Of a stretch of 64,000 nt of DNA, positions 9,232 to 17,353 are shown piece after piece. Each line of letters starts with the position of its first letter. Within the stretch, counting starts at the first letter, position 1. Where the stretch lies: NCBI GenBank assembly GCA_045804645.1, contig JBJMMR010000073.1:1146-65145 (forward strand), written 5' to 3'. The translations under genes and the position numbers were made by a program. Below the pieces are notes generated by a model, which saw only the letters and a list, made by a program, of their open reading frames with translations, was not told the origin of the DNA and did no database searches. This DNA is from Chloroflexota bacterium. Its GTDB lineage: Bacteria > Chloroflexota > Limnocylindria > Limnocylindrales > CSP1-4.

Positions 9232-9612
9232 TCAGCGTGCGGCCATCACCTCGATCTCGACCGAATAGTCGGCCGCCAGCGCCGTGACGCCGACGGTCGC
9301 CCGGGTAGGTGCATCCTGCGGGAAGAACTCTCGGTAGACCTTGTTCATCGCGCCGAAGTCGCCGAAGTCGCGCAGGTACACCGTGCACTTGACGACGTCC
9401 GCGTAGGACAGACCCGCGGCCTCGAGCAGCCGGCCGACGTTCTCGAGCATCGCCCGGGTCTCGGGCTCGATCCCGCCCGGCACGACGCCGTGCGAGCCCG
9501 GGGCGTCACCGACCTGACCCGCGAGGAAGACGAAGCCGTTGGCTTCGACGACCTGCGAGAACGGATACGGTCCGGCCTCGATACCGGGAAGGTTCGGGAC
9601 GTGCTTGGGCAT
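9232..9612 (-). CDS. RidA/YjgF family reactive-intermediate deaminase
   Basis: 126 aa from the internal ATG of tracked ORF 9232..9996. PYPFSQVVEANGFVFLAGQVG...CTVYLRDFGDFGAMNKVYREFF...PTRATVGVTAL matches the family pattern. Confidence 0.85.
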   Translation of the reverse strand: MPKHVPNLPGIEAGPYPFSQVVEANGFVFLAGQVGDAPGSHGVVPGGIEPETRAMLENVGRLLEAAGLSYADVVKCTVYLRDFGDFGAMNKVYREFFPQDAPTRATVGVTALAADYSVEIEVMAAR

Positions 9613-9715
9613 CCGCGGGTCCTCCGTACGGGCGATCTCGAACCGAAGTCTGGAGCGGCGACCGCGTCTCGTCGCCAGTGCGCGCACGACGACACGCGCG
9701 GTAGGGTTCGCCTCG

Positions 9716-10624
9716 ATGGCCGTCATCGAGACGCGCGGGCTCACGAAGCAGTACGGCCGCCAGCTCGCGCCGGCGCTGGCGGACCTCGATCTGACCGTCG
9801 AGTCCGGCGAGATCTTCGGCTTCCTCGGCCCCAATGGCGCCGGCAAGTCGACCACCATCCGGCTGCTCCTCGGCTTCCTGCATCCGAGCGCCGGTGCGGC
9901 GAACGTGCTCGGGTACGACATCGGCCAGGGATCGGTCGAGATCCGGCGCCGGACGGGATATCTACCGGGCGGGATCGCGTTCTGGGACGGCCTCACCGGG
10001 GAGCGGCTCCTTGACGAGCTCGCGGCGATGTCCGGGCGCGCGCCGACCCGCCGCGCGGACCTGCTGGACCGCCTCGAGCTTCGCGATGCGATCCGACGCC
10101 CGGTCCGTGATTACTCGCGAGGCATGCGCCAGAAGCTCGGCATCATCCAGGCGCTCCAGCACGATCCGGAGCTCGCGATCCTCGACGAACCATCCGAAGG
10201 CCTCGATCCGCTGATGCAACGCGCCTTCTACGAGATCCTCGAGGAGCTGCGGGCGGCGGGTCGGACGATCTTCTTCTCGTCGCACGTGCTGTCCGAGGTG
10301 GAGCGGATCTGCGATCGCGTCGCGATCGTCCGGCGCGGCCGGCTCGTCGCGCTGGAGGACGTCGCGGCGCTGCTCGCGCGTCGGAAGCGGAACGTCGAGC
10401 TGCGTTTCGACGGCGACGCGCCGATGCTCGACTTCATCCCGGGTGTCAGCGACGTTCACGTCACGGGGAACCGCCTGACCTGCGGGCTCGAGGGTGACGT
10501 CGCACCGTTCCTCGCCGCCATCGCCTTTGCCAAGATCCACGACCTCACGATCGAGCCCGCGAGCCTCGAGGACGCGTTCCTCGAGTTCTACGCCGATGCC
10601 CGGGACGCAGCGGTGGCGGGATGA
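9716..10624 (+). CDS. ABC-2-type exporter ATP-binding protein
   Basis: ATG at 9716 in tracked ORF 9539..10624. MAVIETRGLTKQYG, Walker A GPNGAGKST, signature YSRGMRQK, Walker B LAILDEPSEGLD. Confidence 0.85.
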   Translation: MAVIETRGLTKQYGRQLAPALADLDLTVESGEIFGFLGPNGAGKSTTIRLLLGFLHPSAGAANVLGYDIGQGSVEIRRRTGYLPGGIAFWDGLTGERLLDELAAMSGRAPTRRADLLDRLELRDAIRRPVRDYSRGMRQKLGIIQALQHDPELAILDEPSEGLDPLMQRAFYEILEELRAAGRTIFFSSHVLSEVERICDRVAIVRRGRLVALEDVAALLARRKRNVELRFDGDAPMLDFIPGVSDVHVTGNRLTCGLEGDVAPFLAAIAFAKIHDLTIEPASLEDAFLEFYADARDAAVAG

Positions 10625-11424
10625 ACCGCGCCTACCTCGCCCACGTACTGCGCGCGAACCGCTTCCGTCTGCTGGTCGTCTCGCTCGGCCTGCTGATCTG
10701 GGGCGCGATCCTGCCGGTCATCTACGACGCCTTCGGCGAGCAGTTCCGCGACATCATGGACAGCGGGATCGTCCCGCCACAGTTCGCCCAGTTCGGTGGC
10801 GGCGACATCTTCTCCCTTTCGGGATCCGTGGCACTCGGGTTCATCCACCCGTTCGCGGTCGCGTTGAACATGGTCTTCGCGGTCGGGTTCGCCGGGGCCG
10901 CCATCGCCGGTGAGCGACAACGCGGCACGCTCGAGGTGTTGCTCGCGAGGCCGATCTCGCGACGTGTGCTGTATCTCACCGCTGCCTTCGCGACGGCCGT
11001 CTTCGTGTGCCTCACCGTCGCCGCGCAGACACTCGGGACGTTCGCCGGCGCGGCGGCCACGGACCGGTTGGACGAGCTCGGGCCGCGCAACCTCCCGCTT
11101 CTGTGGCTCAACGCCGCGCTGCTCTACGGCGCGTTCGCGGCGGTGGCTCTCGGCGCATCCGTCTCGTTCGACCGGCTCACGCCAGCGCTTGGTGTCGCGC
11201 TCGCGTTCGTCCTGGTGTCGTATTTCCTTGAAGCCGTCGGCTCGCTGTGGCCGGACGCGGCGTTCCTACAGGACTACTCGCTATTCCACTACCTCGACGC
11301 CCGACGCGCCCTGACGGGACTCCCCGACTCGCGCGACTTCGCGATCCTGGCGGCCGTCATCCTTGTCGGCCTCGGGTACGCGATCGTGGCCTTCCCGCGG
11401 AGGGACCTCGCCGCGCCCGCGTGA
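10621..11424 (+). CDS. ABC-2 family transporter permease
   Basis: 267 aa, about 6 TM segments, ATGA overlap with the upstream ATPase gene. Confidence 0.7.
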   Translation: MNRAYLAHVLRANRFRLLVVSLGLLIWGAILPVIYDAFGEQFRDIMDSGIVPPQFAQFGGGDIFSLSGSVALGFIHPFAVALNMVFAVGFAGAAIAGERQRGTLEVLLARPISRRVLYLTAAFATAVFVCLTVAAQTLGTFAGAAATDRLDELGPRNLPLLWLNAALLYGAFAAVALGASVSFDRLTPALGVALAFVLVSYFLEAVGSLWPDAAFLQDYSLFHYLDARRALTGLPDSRDFAILAAVILVGLGYAIVAFPRRDLAAPA

Positions 11425-11437
11425 GTCTCCGAGGACC

Positions 11438-12550
11438 TTACAGCCGACGCTCGGCCGCCTCGGTCGCTCGCTCGCACCACCACGTCAGGTCGTCGGCTGC
11501 GGATAGGCCCGACGGCAGTACGACGCCGGCATCGGCGTCGATCCCCTTGCGCCATCCTCGCAACAGCAACCCGACGACCCAGGTGAGATCGCGCTGCGCC
11601 TCCCAATCGCCGACGAGTGCCTCGAAGTCGCCGGCCTGGCCCTCGGTCCGCCAACGACCGCTGTCCCACGAGAGCGCTTCCCGATACCCCTCCACGATCT
11701 GCTCGGGTTCGAGCGGGAGTGCGCCGCTGTTCGAGACGAGGAACCAGCCGAGCTCCACCGCCACCGGTGCGACCAGGGTCATCTGCCAGTCGATGTACGA
11801 GACCTCCTCCTGCGGCAGCAGGGCGACATTGGCCAGCTTCAGGTCGCCGTGGAGGCCGAGCGCCGGCAATCGGCCAAGCGCTCCTACGACCGGCGACGGA
11901 TCCGCATCGAGCCGCCCGATCAAGTCACGGGCAGCCGCCGGCGCGTGCGCGTCGAACGACGCCCAGCCCTCGAGGAAGCGCTCGCCGACGGGGTTGCCCT
12001 CAGCGGCGTAGCGGGCGGCCGAGGTCGGCGACAGCAACGTGAGCCGCTCGGCCAGCGGACACCACGGTGGCGCCTCGTCGCCATCCCGCATCAACGCGGA
12101 TTCGAGCAGGCGGGTCCACGGCATCGCGTGGAGGCGAGCCATCGCCCGAACGACGCGGGCAAGGGTCCCGCGGTCGATCGCCGGATCGTGGCCCGGTCGC
12201 TCCCACGCGATGAGCTCGTCCGACAGATCGGGCATCAGGATGGCGACACCGTCTCCGTCCGCGGCAGCCCCGAGGTACGGCACCATCGAGCCTGGCATCG
12301 CCGAGACAGCCGCCCGGGACACCGCGGCCAGCCAGCCCTCGCGCAACCGGTCATCGCGGGTCGCCCTGGCGATCCAGTCGACCGCGAGCGATGTCCGTTT
12401 GAGCACGAATCTCCGGCCGTCGCTGTCGGCGACCGTCGTGAACGTCGCCCCCGACCAGCCATCCGTGGGGAACTCGTGCTCGGGCAACAGGTCCAGCCCG
12501 AACGGGTGCAGGAGGTCGGACAACGAGCGATCCTGCCAGCTGCCGTTCAT
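11438..12550 (-). CDS. Phosphotransferase (APH/choline-kinase-like) family protein
   Basis: 370 aa. Brenner-type catalytic motif LHGDLKLANVAL and downstream YIDWQ metal-binding motif. Confidence 0.75.
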   Translation of the reverse strand: MNGSWQDRSLSDLLHPFGLDLLPEHEFPTDGWSGATFTTVADSDGRRFVLKRTSLAVDWIARATRDDRLREGWLAAVSRAAVSAMPGSMVPYLGAAADGDGVAILMPDLSDELIAWERPGHDPAIDRGTLARVVRAMARLHAMPWTRLLESALMRDGDEAPPWCPLAERLTLLSPTSAARYAAEGNPVGERFLEGWASFDAHAPAAARDLIGRLDADPSPVVGALGRLPALGLHGDLKLANVALLPQEEVSYIDWQMTLVAPVAVELGWFLVSNSGALPLEPEQIVEGYREALSWDSGRWRTEGQAGDFEALVGDWEAQRDLTWVVGLLLRGWRKGIDADAGVVLPSGLSAADDLTWWCERATEAAERRL

Positions 12551-12562
12551 CCGGCGCGCCGC

Positions 12563-12979
12563 TCAGCAGGGAGCGGGGATGTCGTCGGCGCCGTCCGGCC
12601 CGCCGTCGAGATACACGACGTGCGAGTCGGGGCAGTTTCGAGTCAGGACCACGACGAGCGGTTCCTCAGCGCTCGCGTTCTCCTCGACGTGGATCTCACC
12701 GGCTGGGATGTAGATGAAGTCGCCGGCGGACGCTGACATCGAATGCTCGAGCCCCGTCGGGCCCCACGTGTAGTGCGCCACTCCGGAGACGATGTAGATC
12801 GACGTCTCGCAGTCGCCGTGGTGGTGGATCCGCGTCCTGTCGCCGGGGGCCGTCGACACGATGGACGAATAGAGCCGCTCGGATCCGACCGTGGGGTGCG
12901 AGATCGCGATCGAGCGTTCCATGCCTGCGTGCTGGCCCACGGTCGTGACGCGGTCCGACGGTGAGATCCGGGTCGCCAT
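12563..12979 (-). CDS. Cupin domain protein
   Basis: Internal ATG of tracked ORF 12563..13087. Cupin motifs HHHGDCETSIYIVSG and GDFIYIPAGEIH. The start is ambiguous (12979 or 12922). No SD, so possibly leaderless. Confidence 0.65.
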   Translation of the reverse strand: MATRISPSDRVTTVGQHAGMERSIAISHPTVGSERLYSSIVSTAPGDRTRIHHHGDCETSIYIVSGVAHYTWGPTGLEHSMSASAGDFIYIPAGEIHVEENASAEEPLVVVLTRNCPDSHVVYLDGGPDGADDIPAPC

Positions 12980-13011
12980 CCGCGGATGATAGGTCGCTAC
13001 CATCGGTGTCG

Positions 13012-13959
13012 ATGGCGTCCCTGCCGCGCTTCCGGCTGATCGACGCGCCCTCGCCTCTCCAGCCGCTGCCGCGGTTCTGTGAGGCACTCGGTACCCGCAC
13101 GGAGATCTGGGTCAAGCGGGAGGACCTGCTGCCGCTGGCGTTCGGCGGGAACAAGCTCCGGAACCTCGAGTTCCTCGTCGGGGCGGCGCTCGCCGAGGGC
13201 GCCGACACGCTCATCACGAGTGGCCGTCGCTGGTCGAACCACGCGCGTCTCACGGCCGCCGCCGGGGCTCGAGCCGGGCTCGCGGTCCACCTCGTGCTCT
13301 CCGGACCACCGCTCGACCGGCCCGGCCCGGGAGTCCGGCTGGCGGAGGCGTTCGGCGCGACCGTCCACCAGCTTCCGACCGCCGACCGAGACCAGCGTGA
13401 GGCGAAAGTGGCGGAGGTGGCCGACGACGTCACAGCCCGCGGTGGGCGACCGTACGTGATCGGGGTCGGTGGGACTGGCGCCGTCGGCGCCTACGGCCAG
13501 CTGCTGGCCGGTCAGGAAGTCGTCGCACAAGCGGACGAGGTCGCGCTCGGCATCGATCGCATCGTTCTCGCGTCGGCGACCGGAGGGACCCAGGCGGGGC
13601 TCCTCGCCGGCGCTCGACCAGCGACCCGGGTGACCGGCATCGTCGTCGCCCGGACCGCCGATGAGCTGCGTCCGGTCATCGCGCGGACCGCGGCGGAGCT
13701 GGGTGTCGTCGTAGACCCGGCCGACATCGACCTCGATGAGCGGTTCATCGGTGCCGGGTATGGCCGCCCGACCGAGGCGGCCCAGGCGGCCGGCGATCTG
13801 CTGGCCCGGACCGAGGGGGTCCTCGTCGATCCGATCTACACCGCCAAGGCGCTTGCCGGCCTCGTCGCCGGGGTTCGCTCAGGCGCCTGGGATGAGGAGC
13901 GGATCGTGTTCTGGCACGCCGGTGGCCTCCCCGGGCTGTTCGAGCCGCTCGACGCCTAG
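13012..13959 (+). CDS. PLP-dependent D-cysteine desulfhydrase / ACC deaminase family protein
   Basis: ATG at 13012 in tracked ORF 12961..13959. FGGNKLRNLEFLVGAALAEGADTLITSG (PLP-lysine region) and WHAGGLPGLF. Confidence 0.85.
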   Translation: MASLPRFRLIDAPSPLQPLPRFCEALGTRTEIWVKREDLLPLAFGGNKLRNLEFLVGAALAEGADTLITSGRRWSNHARLTAAAGARAGLAVHLVLSGPPLDRPGPGVRLAEAFGATVHQLPTADRDQREAKVAEVADDVTARGGRPYVIGVGGTGAVGAYGQLLAGQEVVAQADEVALGIDRIVLASATGGTQAGLLAGARPATRVTGIVVARTADELRPVIARTAAELGVVVDPADIDLDERFIGAGYGRPTEAAQAAGDLLARTEGVLVDPIYTAKALAGLVAGVRSGAWDEERIVFWHAGGLPGLFEPLDA

Positions 13960-15152
13960 CCGACCGCCGACCGCCACGCGTCGCGGATCTTCATCCGCCC
14001 GCCGGTCTGCAGCACGGCACCGGCGTACACCCGTGCGCCGATCGTGAACAACACCCAGATCGCGGCCACGGTGATCGCGATCGCCACGACGATCTCGATC
14101 GGCGAGATGGCATCGAACGCCGCGCGCAGCGGGACCACGAACGGCGCGGACGCCGGGATGAACGTCGCCACGCGCGCGACGATCCCCGACGGATCATTGA
14201 TCACCGCGAAGATCGCCACGAAGTAGCTGATCATCGCGACCATCGTCACCGGCGTCGATGCGTTCGATGCCTCCTCGAGCCGCGATGCGAGCGCGCCGAG
14301 GAAGCCGAGCGCCGTCGAGTAGAGCGCGTACCCGAGGACGAACCAGATCGTCAGCATCAGGATCGCGCCGGGTGTCGTCTCGGGCAGCGTGAAGCGACGC
14401 GTGAGCGTCGCCGCGGCCATCGCGGCGACCACGAAGACGAGCAGCTGGACGAGGCCGAGGATGCCGATACCGAGGACCTTGCCCATCAGCAGGTCGCGGG
14501 GCCGGACCGTCGAGAGGACGACCTCGACGACCCGGCTCTGCTTCTCCTCGATCACACCCGTCAGCACCGTGAAGCCGAAGCTGAAGATGCCGATCAGGAT
14601 CAGCACGGCGCCGATGTTGGCGAAGAGGAAGCGGGCCTTGTCGGCCTCCGTCTGCGGGTCGAGCGACTGGACGGCCGGGACCTGCTGTGCGGCAGCGAGC
14701 GCGGTCTGGTCGACGTTGGCGTCGGCAAGCACCTGCTGGACGCGGAGGGCGACGACCGCGCCCGACGCGATCTGAGTTATCGCCTGGTCGGGTTCCTTGG
14801 CGAAATGGAGCGTTCCGGCGGAGGACAGGTCGGCGGGGACGGCGAGCACGGCATCGACATGGCCTTCATCGAGTGCCGCCTGTGCGGCTCCGGCATCGTC
14901 GAAGGGCACGACCGCGATCTTCTGGTCGACCCGGCCGGCCGTCGTGGTCAGCGCGGCGTCGAGGCCCGTCGGCGCGGGTTGGACGACACCGATCGATTTC
15001 GTGTCCTCGTCGCCGAACAGGAACGTCGGAACGACGAACGACCCGATGACCAGGAGCGTCGTGAACGCCACCGAGAAGAGGAAGCCCCGGCTTCGACCGC
15101 GTTCGAGGATCTCGCGCTTGGCGACGAGCCACACGCTTCGCCAGCGGCTCAT
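13956..15152 (-). CDS. ABC-2 transporter permease (NatB-like)
   Basis: ATG at 15152 (MSRWRSVWLVAKREILERGRSRGF) forms an ATGA overlap with the ATPase stop. Large extracytoplasmic loop then 5 C-terminal TM segments. Upstream part of tracked ORF 13956..15749 is a shadow. Confidence 0.8.
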   Translation of the reverse strand: MSRWRSVWLVAKREILERGRSRGFLFSVAFTTLLVIGSFVVPTFLFGDEDTKSIGVVQPAPTGLDAALTTTAGRVDQKIAVVPFDDAGAAQAALDEGHVDAVLAVPADLSSAGTLHFAKEPDQAITQIASGAVVALRVQQVLADANVDQTALAAAQQVPAVQSLDPQTEADKARFLFANIGAVLILIGIFSFGFTVLTGVIEEKQSRVVEVVLSTVRPRDLLMGKVLGIGILGLVQLLVFVVAAMAAATLTRRFTLPETTPGAILMLTIWFVLGYALYSTALGFLGALASRLEEASNASTPVTMVAMISYFVAIFAVINDPSGIVARVATFIPASAPFVVPLRAAFDAISPIEIVVAIAITVAAIWVLFTIGARVYAGAVLQTGGRMKIRDAWRSAVG

Positions 15153-16084
15153 GACCGCACCTCCGAGACCGGCGCAGCGCCGTCCCCGCTCGGGACCGGT
15201 GTCACCGCCTCCATGAACAACTCCGACAGCTTCGGCGGCTGGTACGCGAAGGTGCGTACCTCGCCGGCAGCTCGCGCGCGCTGTAACAGCGCGTCGAGAT
15301 CGACCTGGTCGCTCACGAGCAGCTTGACCCGATCGCGGTCGCGCTCGAGCACCGTCAACGAACCATCCCCGTCGAGCCAGGACCCGTCCGACCCAAGGAC
15401 CTCGACCTCGAGATGACGACGACCGGACCGCGCCTTCAGCTCGTCGATGGCGCCGGCGGCCACGACCCGGCCGCGAGCGATGATCACGACGTCCTCGCAG
15501 ACGTCCTCGACCAGGTCGAGCTGGTGGCTCGAGAAGACGACGCCGACGCCACTCCGCGCGCGGTCCTGGAGGACCTCCGTCATCGTCGCGATCCCGAGCG
15601 GGTCGAGCCCCGAGAATGGCTCGTCGAGCACGAGCAACTCGGGTTCGTGCGCGAGAGCCACCGTCAGCTGGACACGCTGCTGGTTGCCGTGCGAGAGCTC
15701 CTCGAGCTTCGACTTCGCGCGATCGGCGAGCCCCATCCGATCCAGCCAACGGCGCCCGGCGTCGTCGGCAGCGCGTGGGGCGAGCCCGTGCTGCTGGGCG
15801 AAGTACGACACTTGCTCGAGCACCCGCATCCGCGGATATAGGCCGCGCTGCTCCGGCATATAGCCGAACCGCAGCCGCGTCTCCCGGTCGACGGGGCGGC
15901 CCTTCCAGCGGACCTCGCCGCGATCCGCCTCGACGAGACCGAAGATGCAGCGCATCGTCGTGGTCTTGCCGGCGCCGTTCGGGCCGAGGAAGCCCACGAT
16001 CCGCCCTGGTCGAGCGGTGAAGGTCGCACCGTCGAGCGCCACGACCGCTCCGTATCGTTTCGCGAGGTCATCGATCTCGAGCAT
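15149..16084 (-). CDS. ABC transporter ATP-binding protein (NatA-like)
   Basis: 311 aa. Walker A GPNGAGKTT, signature LSHGNQQR, Walker B LLVLDEPFSGLD. Confidence 0.9.
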   Translation of the reverse strand: MLEIDDLAKRYGAVVALDGATFTARPGRIVGFLGPNGAGKTTTMRCIFGLVEADRGEVRWKGRPVDRETRLRFGYMPEQRGLYPRMRVLEQVSYFAQQHGLAPRAADDAGRRWLDRMGLADRAKSKLEELSHGNQQRVQLTVALAHEPELLVLDEPFSGLDPLGIATMTEVLQDRARSGVGVVFSSHQLDLVEDVCEDVVIIARGRVVAAGAIDELKARSGRRHLEVEVLGSDGSWLDGDGSLTVLERDRDRVKLLVSDQVDLDALLQRARAAGEVRTFAYQPPKLSELFMEAVTPVPSGDGAAPVSEVRS

Positions 16085-16140
16085 CCGGACCCCCGTGGTG
16101 GTCAGCCTGAACGGTACCTGACGGTGTCGCCCCCACGTGG

Positions 16141-16171
16141 AACGACCCCAGGCAGCGGGCCCGGGGTCGTT
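16141..16171 (-). terminator. Stem-loop downstream of the cupredoxin gene
   Basis: AACGACCCC...GGGGTCGTT, a 9-bp perfect stem 20 nt after the stop. The same stem sequence occurs in the hairpin at 32008..32035. Confidence 0.5.
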
Positions 16172-16190
16172 GATCGACGGCGAACCTCGA

Positions 16191-16592
16191 CTACTGGACG
16201 GTCAACGTCCCGGTCATGTTCGGATGCACCTCGCACCAGAACTGGTACGTGCCGGCTGGAAGTGCATTCACGTTATAGGTCGTCTTGGTCTGGGTGACGA
16301 TCTCGCCCTTGAAGACCTGCGCGCCCGACGCGTCCTTGATGGCGATGTTGTGGGGCGCGGCGTCCTGATTGTCGAACGTGATCGCGGTCGCGGTGTCGGC
16401 AGGGATCGTGAGCGTCGTCGGGTCGAACGCGATGTCCTTCGCGACGACGGTGGTGCCACCGGCGGCCGGGGCGGACGCGTCGGTGCTGGCTGCGGCGGAC
16501 GGCGCCGGTGTGCTGCTCGAACCTCCGGAGGAGCAGGCAACGGTCATGGCCGCGAGCCCCGCAAGGGCCACAGCCTGGAGCATTCGCTTCAT
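16191..16592 (-). CDS. Cupredoxin (plastocyanin/amicyanin-like blue copper) lipoprotein
   Basis: 133 aa. Lipobox MTVAC. Candidate type-1 Cu ligands: His in APHNIAI and C-x2-H-x2-M in WCEVHPNM. Confidence 0.8.
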   Translation of the reverse strand: MKRMLQAVALAGLAAMTVACSSGGSSSTPAPSAAASTDASAPAAGGTTVVAKDIAFDPTTLTIPADTATAITFDNQDAAPHNIAIKDASGAQVFKGEIVTQTKTTYNVNALPAGTYQFWCEVHPNMTGTLTVQ

Positions 16593-16691
16593 CGGTCGAT
16601 CTCCTTTGGCGCGAGGAACGAGCCGCGCCTGACGACGCGGCTCGTTCGATCGGTCGGGTGGATGTTCGCGCTAACCCTAGCGCGCAACCCT

Positions 16692-17120
16692 TCAGGCGTT
16701 GGCGCCGGCGGTCCCGCGAGCCCTGGCGACGAAGGTGCCCAGGTTGGCGAGCTCGGCCTTGACGACGTTCACGGGATTGCCGTCGTGGCGCGCGAAGTCG
16801 ATGACCAGCAGCGCGATGAGCGTGACCTCGATGCCCTTCGCGATGTAGGCGAGCTGGAAATACGGGCCCTGGAGCGCCCAGGCGATGATCGTCGTCGCGG
16901 CATAGCCCATCAGGCCGAGCCGGATGAACCAGCGGAAACGAACGGCCAGCGCGAGCGGGACGGCCATCGCGGCGGCGGCGGTGAAGTAGCCGAGCGCGTT
17001 GAGGGTGAAGAGCAGACCACCCAGCTTCAGGTGGATGTAGCCGGTGGCAAGAGCCAGGCCGACGATCGCGGCGCGGATCACGACGTCGGAAATGCGGAGC
17101 GGGGTTCGAGTGGCGAACAT
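16692..17120 (-). CDS. Four-TM membrane protein of unknown function
   Basis: 142 aa from the internal ATG of tracked ORF 16692..17468 (MFATRTPLRISDVVIRAAIVGLALATGYIHLKLGG...). Four hydrophobic helices. Lies directly upstream of the cupredoxin gene on the same strand. Confidence 0.6.
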   Translation of the reverse strand: MFATRTPLRISDVVIRAAIVGLALATGYIHLKLGGLLFTLNALGYFTAAAAMAVPLALAVRFRWFIRLGLMGYAATTIIAWALQGPYFQLAYIAKGIEVTLIALLVIDFARHDGNPVNVVKAELANLGTFVARARGTAGANA

Positions 17121-17353
17121 CTCAGCGGGACCTCGTCTGTGTGGTTGTTGCCGGATCGGTCCGGTCGGTGACGGGAGGCATCGTCTGCTGGCGCACCCCC
17201 GCGCAGCGCCCGGCAAGCGACGCCGAAACGGACGGACGCTCGGCCCCCCACAGAGCCGCCCCGCGACGACCCGGTCCTCGGCCGGATGACGTAGGCGCCA
17301 TCGCCGAACGGCGATGCTCGCCGTTCGAAACCCGGGCGTATCCTCAACCCCCG

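Noticed and set aside
13956-15749. 597-aa version of the ABC-2 permease, and the similar long N-terminal extensions of tracked ORFs 5855..7849, 9232..9996, 16692..17468, 28175..29839 and 46651..48081
   Set aside because: The extensions overlap neighbouring well-supported genes or are low-complexity. Internal starts with an SD, a 4-nt overlap coupling, or signal or lipobox sequences give family-typical lengths.
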